From Desulfatiglandales bacterium (GTDB lineage: Bacteria > Desulfobacterota > DSM-4660 > Desulfatiglandales > HGW-15), in NCBI GenBank assembly GCA_963667015.2, contig CAXXJJ010000001.1, positions 2,208,001-2,272,000 on the forward strand: a stretch of 64,000 bases of DNA, in the 5' to 3' direction. Under the pieces are notes generated by a model, which worked only from the letters and a program-made list of their open reading frames with translations, was not told where the DNA came from and did not search any database. The first letter of the stretch is position 1; each line of letters begins with the position of its first letter. Positions 9,888 to 19,863 of the stretch are shown in pieces. The position numbers and the translations under genes are program-made.

Positions 9888-11648
9888 ATGAAAATCAAAA
9901 GTAGTTTTCTCATAATACTCTCATCCATTTTTCTTTTGACTGTAATCTTATCCGGCTGTGGCGACAGCACAGAATCTACCGGGAACCAACAGGAGAAGCC
10001 TTTAAAAGATGTTGAACCCGCAGAAGAAGTTATGGAGATGCTCAAGGATCTTTGCGACATCGCCGGGTATGGCATCAATTCCGGGATACAGACACAGCCT
10101 AAAGCAGATCAGGCTGCCAGCTATATCCTTAAAAGGCTTAAGGAGTATGGTGTACAGGCCAAACTGGAACCGATTACAGTGAACAGTCCCTATCCCGAGA
10201 AATTTGAACTTACAGTCGAAATCGACGGTCAGAACCGCAGGACACTGACCTGTTTTCCGTTACAATGGACTGTTGGGACCCCGGAAGAAGGAATTAAAGG
10301 TAAGCTCGCCTATGCAGGTGACGGATCTGCTTCCAATTTTGATCTTGTTGATGTTAAAGACAAAATCGTGTTGATAGACGAGAAAATGATGCGGGGTTAT
10401 AGTCCTACCGGAAGGGCGAATGATGCAGTTATTACCGCAAAAGACAAGGGCGCTATCGGTGTAATTCGGGCCGGCCTGCAGGTTGATAGTCCGCAATTCC
10501 AAAAGGGCGACCCGACAATGCCGCCTGATATCTTCCCGATCCCGGTCTTCTCTGTTGGCAGGAGCGTGGGGGATTATCTAAGGAGCCTTGCAACATCTTC
10601 TGCGCCTCCCAATGTCAGGATGGTGCTCAAGGCACCGCAAAAAACATTTAAGGCCCATAATGTTGTTTTTGAATTGCCAGGAAACGGAAGTATGGATGAG
10701 GTAATTTTAGCAGGCACACACTATGATACCGGAATGTTTACCGGCGCTGTTGATAATAATGGCAGTGTAGCCCTGATGATAGCCTGGGCAAAATACTTTG
10801 CTCATAAACCCAGAGAATCAAGAAACCGTGAAATGATCTTCGCATGGTGTTTTGGGCATGATTTTGACAACAATACAGGCCACTACCAGTTTGCCGAGGC
10901 GCATAAGGCCCAACTGGAAAAGGCAATAGTGTGGGACGTGGACCATGCCATTGGCGGTACAAGGTATATGTATGACGAAATCAAAGGCAAAATAGCGCCA
11001 ACTGACAAAACCAACGAATTTTATATTATTTCAAACAACTATACTTTTTCCAGGCTTGCAGCATTCACAATGGATAAGTATGGATTCGTATGCACCCAGA
11101 ACCGTTTTAATTCTATCGGCTCCGGACCCCAGTGGGGTATTGCACCGTCGACAAGACCCTGGGTCAATGTGGCGACTATTCCCATTTACTATCATTCCAT
11201 TCTTGATACACCGGAAAAGGTTACACTTGATCAGGCAAGGCGAGCTTATGCTGCACATATAGAAATCCTAGAGAATATTGACCGGACACCGGAGGGATTC
11301 CTTGAATACGATAACATCAGCAAGACACGTCCGAACAGACCTCCGGAAGTAAGAATCGAAATATTATCAGACAAGGTAAGGGTGGGAGATCTTGTGCTGG
11401 TGTGGAATGATTCATACTTTTTTAATGATGACAAGACATCTTATCATCATCCGGCGCTGCCTGAATGGGCTGGCAGCACATGGGACTGGGGAGATGGTAC
11501 TCCTGTTACAATTGGTGGTCCAATGGTCGATCATGTCTATGAAAATCCCGGAACCTATACAATTACATTCAAGTTTACCGATACTGAAGGAGCAACAACT
11601 ACGGCTATTAAGGACGTCAGGGTTTTGCCATTGCAGTCAGATAAATAG
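9888..11648 (+). CDS. M28-family peptidase with PA domain and C-terminal PKD domain, lipoprotein
   Basis: GTHYD, GAVDNNGS and YHSILD; PA region VKDKIVL..AKDKGAIG; PKD motif WDWGDG..HVYENPGTY; lipobox SGC. Confidence 0.8.
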   Translation: MKIKSSFLIILSSIFLLTVILSGCGDSTESTGNQQEKPLKDVEPAEEVMEMLKDLCDIAGYGINSGIQTQPKADQAASYILKRLKEYGVQAKLEPITVNSPYPEKFELTVEIDGQNRRTLTCFPLQWTVGTPEEGIKGKLAYAGDGSASNFDLVDVKDKIVLIDEKMMRGYSPTGRANDAVITAKDKGAIGVIRAGLQVDSPQFQKGDPTMPPDIFPIPVFSVGRSVGDYLRSLATSSAPPNVRMVLKAPQKTFKAHNVVFELPGNGSMDEVILAGTHYDTGMFTGAVDNNGSVALMIAWAKYFAHKPRESRNREMIFAWCFGHDFDNNTGHYQFAEAHKAQLEKAIVWDVDHAIGGTRYMYDEIKGKIAPTDKTNEFYIISNNYTFSRLAAFTMDKYGFVCTQNRFNSIGSGPQWGIAPSTRPWVNVATIPIYYHSILDTPEKVTLDQARRAYAAHIEILENIDRTPEGFLEYDNISKTRPNRPPEVRIEILSDKVRVGDLVLVWNDSYFFNDDKTSYHHPALPEWAGSTWDWGDGTPVTIGGPMVDHVYENPGTYTITFKFTDTEGATTTAIKDVRVLPLQSDK

Positions 11649-11665
11649 TTAAAAGGAGTCAACCT

Positions 11666-13759
11666 ATGAAAATCAAAAGGAATTTTATTTTTGTGCTTTT
11701 CTTTGTTTTTCTCTTAATCACCGGCCTGTCAGGCTGTGGTGACAGTTCAATATCTACAGGTGACCATCAGGAAAAGTATCCAGAAAATCAGGAAGATAAG
11801 AATGTGGTAAAACCTGTGAAATTTGTCATTGAACCTCCGACTCTCATATGCCTTGGATTTGAGTGGTATATTGAGGGGGATGCCAACCATAATGCCACTG
11901 TTGAAGTACGGTACAGAAAAAAGGGCGAAAATTCCTGGAAAGAGGCCCTGCCTCTTTTAAGAATCCAGAATGAAGAATGCATTGATACTTTTTCAGTAAA
12001 CTGGATCGATTATGTGACGCCGAACCTGTTTGCCGGAAGCATAATGGATCTTCAGCCTGATACGGATTATGAGTGTAAATTTACTCTTTCTGATCCGGAT
12101 GGTGTTCATGGTAATGGTAAAGATGGATCTTTACAGAACCAAAAAGTCCTTACTGTGCGAACACGTCCAGAGCCGAAACCTGCAGAGGGCGGCAAGGTTT
12201 ACCATGTCTACCCCTGGGATCATACCGGAACTAAAGAAGAACCTAATTTTATAAATCTTATGCAGGCCTATTATGCGGGCGGAGGGTGTACTGCGGACTG
12301 GTGGAATGTTGCCCCACCCCGGGTCCAGCCGGGAGATACCATACTGATTCATGAGGGAGTTTACAAAGAGGACTGGACTTTTTACGGGGCGGACATCTGG
12401 AAACAGGGGCAGGGCGCTAAATTCTCAGGGACTTATTTCCTGACCCAGAAAGGAACTCCTGAAAAGCCCATTGTCATAAAGGCTGCAGAAGGAGAAAAGG
12501 TGGTCTTTGACGGAAACGGCAACTTCAACCTTTTCAATGTTATGGCCGCGGATTACCATCATTTTGAAGGACTGATCATCCGTAATACCGATGTTGCATT
12601 CTGGGCCGGACAGAAAAGGATAACCGGATGCAAAGGCTTAACAGTCAAAAGATGCCGAATTGAGAATATCGATAAAGGAATTCATTCCGAATGGTCGGGC
12701 TCAAAGAATTTCTATATTGCTGATAACGAATTTATCGGGAGGCATGACCAGAGTAAAATACATTCATGGTTTCTTAAGAGTGAAAGAACACCTGTACTGC
12801 TTTTCCCCTATGAAAAATGTCTGTCCGAGTATGCCGTCAAACTGGCCGGGGAGGGTCATGTTATATGTCATAATTATGTCGCACATTTTCATAATGGAAT
12901 ATGTCATGCCACATACGGTGTCCCCGATGGCTATCCCGCATACGGTCATCCGGATGTTTATCCGGTTGATGAAGTGCTGAAAGAAGACAGGATGTTCAGG
13001 GCAAATGACTTTTATAACAATTTTATTCAAAACGTGCATGATAATGCCATAGAGACAGACGGAAGCATGTATAATATTCGTGTCCTGCGCAACTACTGCA
13101 TTGACGGAGCAGCCCAGGCCCTTAGTTCACAAACCCTTTACGGCGGGCCGGTATATTTTATACGCAATATTATATACCATGGCTCAAACACGGGTTTTAT
13201 AAAACATGCAAATCACCCATCGGGATCCATCTATTATCATAATACAGCAATTGCAAACGTGAATGCAGGCGCGGGATCAAACTATCATTTCAGGAATAAT
13301 CTCATTCTAAACTGGATGCCTGAAGCGCCTGTTTTCTCTGTAGATACTTTTTCCAATTACACATCATCTGATTATAACGGCTTTCGACTTGCCCCGGACG
13401 CGGAGTATTCCTTTGGATGGAACTCGCCTCCCTTTGATAATCAAAAGGACTATAAAAATCCAGGGGAAGAGCGGAAATATAAGACCCTCGCAGAATACAG
13501 CAGTGCCACAGGACAGGATGAACACAGCATACTCGTAGATTATGATATTTTTGAACGTGTTAATCCGCCTGTTTATCCTGATGAGATTACAAAAATATTC
13601 AGTGCCGATGAAATGGATTTTCGGCTTAAACCGGATTCTGCAGCCGTTGATGCTGCATGCATTATCCCGAATGTGAACGATGGCTTTTCTCGAGATGCTC
13701 CGGATCTCGGGGCTCTGGAGGCTGGTTTATCGATTCCTAACTATGGTCCGCGTTATTAG
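11666..13759 (+). CDS. Right-handed beta-helix lipoprotein (possible polysaccharide lyase-like)
   Basis: 697-aa ORF with Asn-rich beta-helix repeats, QPGDTILIHEGVY and GTPEKPIVI; paralog of 138..2097. Confidence 0.8.
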   Translation: MKIKRNFIFVLFFVFLLITGLSGCGDSSISTGDHQEKYPENQEDKNVVKPVKFVIEPPTLICLGFEWYIEGDANHNATVEVRYRKKGENSWKEALPLLRIQNEECIDTFSVNWIDYVTPNLFAGSIMDLQPDTDYECKFTLSDPDGVHGNGKDGSLQNQKVLTVRTRPEPKPAEGGKVYHVYPWDHTGTKEEPNFINLMQAYYAGGGCTADWWNVAPPRVQPGDTILIHEGVYKEDWTFYGADIWKQGQGAKFSGTYFLTQKGTPEKPIVIKAAEGEKVVFDGNGNFNLFNVMAADYHHFEGLIIRNTDVAFWAGQKRITGCKGLTVKRCRIENIDKGIHSEWSGSKNFYIADNEFIGRHDQSKIHSWFLKSERTPVLLFPYEKCLSEYAVKLAGEGHVICHNYVAHFHNGICHATYGVPDGYPAYGHPDVYPVDEVLKEDRMFRANDFYNNFIQNVHDNAIETDGSMYNIRVLRNYCIDGAAQALSSQTLYGGPVYFIRNIIYHGSNTGFIKHANHPSGSIYYHNTAIANVNAGAGSNYHFRNNLILNWMPEAPVFSVDTFSNYTSSDYNGFRLAPDAEYSFGWNSPPFDNQKDYKNPGEERKYKTLAEYSSATGQDEHSILVDYDIFERVNPPVYPDEITKIFSADEMDFRLKPDSAAVDAACIIPNVNDGFSRDAPDLGALEAGLSIPNYGPRY

Positions 13760-13939
13760 TTTAAAAGATCTGCAACCTCAACAGCTATAGGAAATCCAGT
13801 AACAAAGTTTTTAAAAAAGACTTGAAATATATAACCTGAAGGAGTTAACTCAAGATTAGATACCTTTGCAAATGACTCTTGACTCCCGGTTCATGAAGTC
13901 ATAGAAGCCGGGGATAAGATAAACTAAAAAGGAGGAAAT

Positions 13940-14854
13940 ATGAAACGACTACTGATTGCAGGTAAAGTGATGACAGTTGCAATACTGCTGGGCCTTATAG
14001 CCGGAATATCGATGTCAGCGGATGAGCCGAAGCGCGCCGGCAAGAACTTTAAAGATTGTGCGATGTGCCCTGAGATGGTGGTTATTCCACCCGGAACATT
14101 CATCATGGGATCTCCTGAAGCTGAAAAATACAGGGAAGATGACGAGAGGCAGCACAAGGTCACGCTCGATTACTCCTTTGCGGTAAGTAAAGCCCCGATC
14201 ACATGGGATCAGTGGGAAGCCTGCGCTCGCGATGCCATGTGTGACGGACAGGCAGTGGAAACAGCGCTAAGGAAGTCAAACCAGGGCAAACCGGAGACTG
14301 AGGAATATGTGGATTATGGCCGAGGCAGCAAACCGGTTGTCGGCATTAGCTGGTGGGATGCCCAAGTGTTTGTCGGGTGGCTTAATAAAAAGACAGGCAA
14401 AGATCAATACAGGCTTTTGACCGAAGCGGAATATGAATATGCGGCACGCGCAGGCTCAACAACCGCCTACTGGTGGGGGGATGAACCCAGCCACGAGTAC
14501 GCCAATTTCGGAAGGGAAGCAGATCAGGAGTTGGGAGGAGCTGTTGAAGGTCGTGATGTATGGGGCGAGGAGACATCTCCGGTCTGTTCATTTCCTGTAA
14601 ACGGTTTTGGATTGTGTGACATGACCGGGAATGTCTACCAGTGGATCGAGGACTGCTACGAAGCTGACGGAAAAAAACTTCCTTCCGACGGATCGGCGGT
14701 AAAGAGCGGTAACTGCAATGTACGCGGATTCAGGGGTAATTCATTCATGAGTGACCCGAAATCTCTGCGTTCTGCAAACCGTGCCTTTGTTTATTCTCCA
14801 GATTCCCGGGGCCGCAGCTATCTCGGTATACGTGTTGCCAAAACCCTCGAATGA
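13940..14854 (+). CDS. Formylglycine-generating-enzyme (SUMF1/FGE-sulfatase) domain protein
   Basis: CPEMVVIPPGTFIMGS, RLLTEAEYEYAARAG, NGFGLCDMTGNV and GIRVA; AGGAGG RBS. Confidence 0.9.
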   Translation: MKRLLIAGKVMTVAILLGLIAGISMSADEPKRAGKNFKDCAMCPEMVVIPPGTFIMGSPEAEKYREDDERQHKVTLDYSFAVSKAPITWDQWEACARDAMCDGQAVETALRKSNQGKPETEEYVDYGRGSKPVVGISWWDAQVFVGWLNKKTGKDQYRLLTEAEYEYAARAGSTTAYWWGDEPSHEYANFGREADQELGGAVEGRDVWGEETSPVCSFPVNGFGLCDMTGNVYQWIEDCYEADGKKLPSDGSAVKSGNCNVRGFRGNSFMSDPKSLRSANRAFVYSPDSRGRSYLGIRVAKTLE

Positions 14855-14876
14855 TTATGTGAGCAGGAGGGCATGT

Positions 14877-15802
14877 TCAATCTTTCAATTTTTTTTGCTG
14901 CTCTGATGAAACAACCGAATGCCCTCCGAATTCCCTTCTCAGGGCGGCCAGGACCCTGTCAGAAAATGAATTATCCTGTTGAGACCTGAACCTGCTCATG
15001 AGAGACAGGGTTATAACCGGAGCGGGTACTCCGCTTTCTACGGCCTGCTGAACGGTCCAGCGGCCCTCTCCCGAATCAGCCACTTTTCCTGCAATATAAT
15101 CCATTTCGGGATCTTCTTTAAAGGCCTTTTCTGCAAGTTCAAGAAGCCAGGAGCGTATAACGCTTCCCTGATTCCACAAGTGTGAAACTCTGGAATAATC
15201 CAGGGCTTCAGCATAGGGAGAATGTTTCAGGATATCGAATCCTTCGCCATAGGCCTGCATCATTCCGTACTCAATTCCATTATGCACCATTTTTACAAAA
15301 TGTCCTGCTCCCACGTCGCCGCAATGAAGATACCCTTCTTCCGGGGCAAGGGTCTTGAATAACGGCTCAAGAAAATTAAAAAGATCCTTTTCTCCCCTGC
15401 CATGGTGCAGTAACCGAGCTCATAGCCCCATATCCCCCCGCTTACACCGACATCCATGTAGCGTATTCCATGTTTTAAAAGGGCTTTATGACGGCGGATA
15501 TCATCTTTGTAAAAACTGTTGCCGCCTTCTATTATTATGTCATTCGGGGTGAGAAGTTCGGTCAGCTCTTTAATATGATCATCCACGGTTTGTCCTGCAG
15601 GCAGCATTATCCATATTATTCTGGGGGTGGTGAGTTTTTCTACCAGCTCTGTTAAAGAAAAGGCGCCTTCAGCACCTTCGGCCACTATCTGCTCCACCTT
15701 CTCCGGCGTTCTGTTGCAGGCGACTACCTCGTGCCCGCCTTCCAGCAACCGCTTTGCCATATTCATTCCCATACGGCCAAGGCCTATGAGTCCAATCCGC
15801 AT
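14877..15802 (-). CDS. gnd: Decarboxylating 6-phosphogluconate dehydrogenase (short YqeC type), frameshifted at about 15394-15397
   Basis: MRIGLIGLGRMG, DVGVSGG, GAGHFVKMVHNGIEYG, DSGEGRWT and REFGGH; adding one base to the C4 run gives CTMAGGEKDLF. Confidence 0.9.
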
Positions 15803-15867
15803 TTTCCCATCCTCCTTCTGCACTGAGCACTGGTACAAGGTGTAGAATAATTCTTTTCCTGAAAATA

Positions 15868-16362
15868 TTAAGTTTCTTTAAATTCTTTCATTGAATCAAT
15901 GATTTCATCGCAGATAAGGGCCGGAGAATTTTTAATATCAATTATCAGTGCCCTCTCCGGTTCTTCCAGTGTTTCAAACTGGCTGACCAGCATGCCTGAT
16001 TTCATATAATGGTTTCCCCTTTTATCCATCCGCTCCTTTATCAATGCATAACTTCCCCTTAGAAATATAAAATAACAGGGTTCCTTTACCTTGCTTACAA
16101 TCAATGCCCGTATAAATCCTGTAAGGGCAGAGCATGCAAGGATCTTATGTTTTTCAGAGGAGCAGTTTATGAAATCCGCTATTTTTTCTATCCAGGCCAC
16201 CCGGTCCAGGTCCGTTAAAGGAATGCCCTGAGTCATTTTTTTAATATTAACATCCGGGTGAAAATCATCTCCATCAAAAAAAGAGATGCCGGTTCGTTCC
16301 GACAACAGTTTTCCGACTGTTGTCTTACCGGAACCTGAAACCCCCATTAAAACTATCACCAT
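15868..16362 (-). CDS. gntK: Gluconokinase (GntK/IdnK type)
   Basis: MGVSGSGKTT P-loop, DGDDFHP, ACSAL and SQFETLEEP. Confidence 0.92.
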   Translation of the reverse strand: MVIVLMGVSGSGKTTVGKLLSERTGISFFDGDDFHPDVNIKKMTQGIPLTDLDRVAWIEKIADFINCSSEKHKILACSALTGFIRALIVSKVKEPCYFIFLRGSYALIKERMDKRGNHYMKSGMLVSQFETLEEPERALIIDIKNSPALICDEIIDSMKEFKET

Positions 16363-16417
16363 TTTTATTCTCTACCTGTATTTTTACAGCGACAGTAAAT
16401 CACACTATGATCCGGGC

Positions 16418-17767
16418 CTACATTATAAACAGGCTTATTATATACACCACTAACAGTCCTGTTAAGGCCAGAATAGTTGTCATGACTGTCCAGGAGCTTA
16501 ATGTCTGCTGTTCTGAGAGACCAAAATAGCGGTTAACCAGCCAGAATCCCGAATCATTGACATGCGATAATATTGAAGCACCGGCGGAAATAGCTATTAC
16601 TATCAAACCCAGTGCCGGACCCTCTAATCTTAAAACAGAAATGATAGGGGAGATAATTCCCGCTGCTGTAATCATGGCCACGGTAGCCGATCCCTGGGCA
16701 ACACGGACAATAGCTGAAACAGTAAACGCCAGCAGTACCGTAGGCATTGAGGATGCCGCCATCATATTTGCCAGTACATCACCCACGCCGGAGTCTATCA
16801 GTACCTGTTTGAATACACCTCCGGCTCCTGTAATCAGGATAATAATACCCGCTGGTTCCAGTGCTTTGGTGGTGATTTTCTGAAGTTCCTCCCTGGAAAA
16901 GCCGTGTCTTGTACCCAGAAGAAAGGCCGCCAGCAGGGTAGCAATCAACAGTGCGATAAAAGGATGCCCGATAAACCCCAGAAAGGATTTTAAGGCCTTT
17001 AGATTTTCGCCTTCCAGCAGGATTCCCGATATTGTGTTCAGTAAAATCAGGAACAGTGGAATAAATATGATGATAAAAACCGTGGTAAATCCCGGCATCT
17101 TTTTTGAACCTGATTCTGTAACAGTTTGAAAGGTATCCGGGACTTCAGCATGGATTTTACGTGCAATATATCTGCCGAAAAATGGCCCTGAAATAATCAT
17201 GGCGGGAATGCCTGCAATTGCCCCGAACAGGATTACCCACCCCAGGTCGGCCTTTAATAATTCTGCCACGGCAATGGGGCCCGGTGTGGGAGGGATAAAA
17301 CTGTGGGTTACCACCAGGCCCGAAGCCAGTGGAATTCCATAATACAGCAGTGACCTTCCGCTTTTTTTCGAAAGCCCGTATACGAGCGGTACTAAAATAA
17401 TAAACCCCACATCAAAAAATACCGGAATGGCCACAATAAATCCTGTTATTCCCATTGCCCACTGGGCGTTGTCCTCCCCGAATTTATCCAGCAGGGTATT
17501 GGCAAGCCGCTCAATTCCTCCGGAAGCCTCAAGAATGCTGCCGAACATTGCGCCCAGTCCGACCACAATTGCAACAAACCCCAATGTTCCGCCCATTCCG
17601 TTTTTGATGGTATTAATGACATTTTCAAGGGGCATTCCCGATGCGATTCCAACCAGAGTGCTGACCAGCAACAGGGCAATAAAGGCCTGGAGTTTTGTTC
17701 GGATTATCAGAAATAACAGGAGTAATATTCCTGCTGCGGCAACAATAATAAGTGTAGTGTCTGTCAC
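16418..17767 (-). CDS. gntP: GntP-family sugar-acid:H+ symporter
   Basis: PVFFDVG, PPTPGP, GAGGVFKQVL, QGSATVA and SHVNDSGFW; GTG start with AGGAGG. Confidence 0.88.
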   Translation of the reverse strand: MTDTTLIIVAAAGILLLLFLIIRTKLQAFIALLLVSTLVGIASGMPLENVINTIKNGMGGTLGFVAIVVGLGAMFGSILEASGGIERLANTLLDKFGEDNAQWAMGITGFIVAIPVFFDVGFIILVPLVYGLSKKSGRSLLYYGIPLASGLVVTHSFIPPTPGPIAVAELLKADLGWVILFGAIAGIPAMIISGPFFGRYIARKIHAEVPDTFQTVTESGSKKMPGFTTVFIIIFIPLFLILLNTISGILLEGENLKALKSFLGFIGHPFIALLIATLLAAFLLGTRHGFSREELQKITTKALEPAGIIILITGAGGVFKQVLIDSGVGDVLANMMAASSMPTVLLAFTVSAIVRVAQGSATVAMITAAGIISPIISVLRLEGPALGLIVIAISAGASILSHVNDSGFWLVNRYFGLSEQQTLSSWTVMTTILALTGLLVVYIISLFIM

Positions 17768-17797
17768 AATCCCTCCTGAAAATAGATGAGCATTTTT

Positions 17798-17824
17798 ACC
17801 ACGAAGAGCACAAGGGGCACGAAG
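17798..17824. repeat. Short 9-bp-period repeat (ACCACGAAG-AGCACAAGG-GGCACGAAG)
   Basis: Three imperfect 9-mers in the intergenic gap; related motifs at 31784-31894 and 42205-42266. Confidence 0.5.
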
Positions 17825-17863
17825 TTTTATTAAAAATATTTATCAAAAATTCTTTTAAATTAA

Positions 17864-19840
17864 TTAACCCTGTTTCTGCAGCTTATCTATAATCTTATCC
17901 ACATCATAAATGCATCCTGCCCAGGTGCCTCCGCTGACATTCTGGAGTGCAGCCCAGAGGCGGGTATCCTCAGGTAATTTATCCGCTGCTCTCAGGTCTT
18001 TATGCAGTGACCGCGAGTTGAGCACTTCAACTGCCTTTAGAGGAGAATACCGTTCATCTTTCTCACCAACAAACTGAATACTGCCAATAAGATTTTTCTG
18101 ATCAATGATTATCTCTATCAGATCGCCATCCCGGAGTTTACCGACCGGACCGCCTGCCAGGGCCTCCGGACCCACATGGCCTATACAGGCCCCTGTTGAT
18201 ACACCAGAAAAACGCGCATCGGTAATCACTGGCACATGTTTTCCCCAGGGAATATATTTAAGCGCAGAGGTGAGTTGATAGGTCTCTTCCATGCCGGTTC
18301 CAATAGGGCCGCAGCCAATGAGAATGATTATGTCTCCCGGTTTTATGGGAAAATCACTTTGTCCTTTTATGGCCTTTATGGCATCTTCTTCCGATACGAA
18401 AACCCTCGCATTTGACGTATGGGAGTAAACCATGTTCTCATCAATAAGGTCCGGATCAATAGAGGTGGCCTTTATCACAGACCCCTGAGGCGCAATATTC
18501 CCGGAGGGAAAGACAACAGTGCTGGTCAGCCCGGCTTTTTTTGCAGAATCTGCATCCATTATAATTGAATCCGTATTCAAGGTATCCAGTTCATTCAGCC
18601 TTGCCTTTATTGCACTGCGTCTTTCACTGGCCTCCCACCATTCAAGATTTTCACCAAGTGTTTTTCCGGTTACTGTCATTACATCCAGATTAAGGAGCCC
18701 CATATTACGAAGATGAAGCATGACTTCCGGGACACCTCCGGCTGCATAGACATGAACAGTGGGAAAATTATTCGGTCCATTGGGTAATGCATCCACCAGT
18801 CTGGGAACCTGCTTATTGATTCGTGTCCAGTCTTTAAGCTCCGGAATCTTTAACCCGGCTTCGTGGGCTACAGCAGGAATATGGAGGAGCATGTTTGTCG
18901 ACCCCCCGAAGGCTGCAAAAACAAGCATGGCATTTTCAAGGGATTCCTGTGTCAAAATCCGGTTAAGTGGAATGTTTTTTAGGGAAAGATTGAGCAGTGC
19001 CCTGGCTGAGCGACGGGCCATATCCAGCCATACTTCTTCACCCGATGGGCAGAGGGCGCTGTGAGGGAGCGCCATCCCGAAGGCCTCTGCAACCACCTGT
19101 GAGGAGGCGGCAGTACCAAGGAAGTGGCATCCGCCACCGGCCGAACCGCAGCTTCTGCAGCCCATTTCAGCCGCATAATCAATGTCAATCATATGATGAG
19201 CAAACCGGGCGCCGAGAGACTGTATCCTGGCAGTATCTTCTGCATCCTTTGCAGGCAGAGTAGAACCACCCGGGACTATGATGCCTGGAAGATCCCCTGT
19301 AGAAGCCAGGGCCATCATCATGGCCGGAAGCCCCTTGTCGCATGTGGCAACCCCCATTACGCCCTTTCTCCGGGGAAGTGAACGGATTAATCTTCGCATT
19401 ACAATGGCTGCATCATTGCGGTATGCAAGGCTGTCGAACATACCTTCCGTTCCCTGGGTCCGGCCGTCACAGGGGTCGCTGCAGTACATTGCGAATGGCA
19501 GCGTCCCGTTTTCTTTAAAAACCCTGGCAGCCTCCCTGACAAGTAAACCGATTTCCCAGTGACCAGTGTGATAACCCAGGGCAACCGGCTCACCATTATC
19601 CCCACGCAGACCGCCGGGTGTGCTGAGAATCAGGTATTGATCAAGATTAGTATCATCCGGGTTCCATCCCATACCCGCATTCTGGGTAAGGCCGAACAGG
19701 TCTCCGCTTGGGGCATTGAGAAGTATTTCCTCACTGAGAGGAAGTTTCCCATCCGGGCTCACTCCGTAAAGACGCATTGAGGAAATGGCTGATTCATCTC
19801 CCAGAATATCCGGGGTTAAGGGTATCTTTTCTGTATTCAT
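17864..19840 (-). CDS. YjhG/YagF-family D-xylonate dehydratase (IlvD/Edd superfamily)
   Basis: PSGDLFGLTQNAGMGW, ALGYHTGHWE, SDPCDGRTQG, CDKGLP, TDARFSG and DTRLWAALQ; start placed at ATG 19840 (AGGA RBS). Confidence 0.9.
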   Translation of the reverse strand: MNTEKIPLTPDILGDESAISSMRLYGVSPDGKLPLSEEILLNAPSGDLFGLTQNAGMGWNPDDTNLDQYLILSTPGGLRGDNGEPVALGYHTGHWEIGLLVREAARVFKENGTLPFAMYCSDPCDGRTQGTEGMFDSLAYRNDAAIVMRRLIRSLPRRKGVMGVATCDKGLPAMMMALASTGDLPGIIVPGGSTLPAKDAEDTARIQSLGARFAHHMIDIDYAAEMGCRSCGSAGGGCHFLGTAASSQVVAEAFGMALPHSALCPSGEEVWLDMARRSARALLNLSLKNIPLNRILTQESLENAMLVFAAFGGSTNMLLHIPAVAHEAGLKIPELKDWTRINKQVPRLVDALPNGPNNFPTVHVYAAGGVPEVMLHLRNMGLLNLDVMTVTGKTLGENLEWWEASERRSAIKARLNELDTLNTDSIIMDADSAKKAGLTSTVVFPSGNIAPQGSVIKATSIDPDLIDENMVYSHTSNARVFVSEEDAIKAIKGQSDFPIKPGDIIILIGCGPIGTGMEETYQLTSALKYIPWGKHVPVITDARFSGVSTGACIGHVGPEALAGGPVGKLRDGDLIEIIIDQKNLIGSIQFVGEKDERYSPLKAVEVLNSRSLHKDLRAADKLPEDTRLWAALQNVSGGTWAGCIYDVDKIIDKLQKQG

Positions 19841-19863
19841 TATATTTTCCTGCAGGTTCAGGG

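Noticed and set aside
13883..13914. TCCCGG..CCGGGA hairpin upstream of the FGE-domain gene as a riboswitch
   Set aside because: Single stem-loop with no recognisable aptamer consensus
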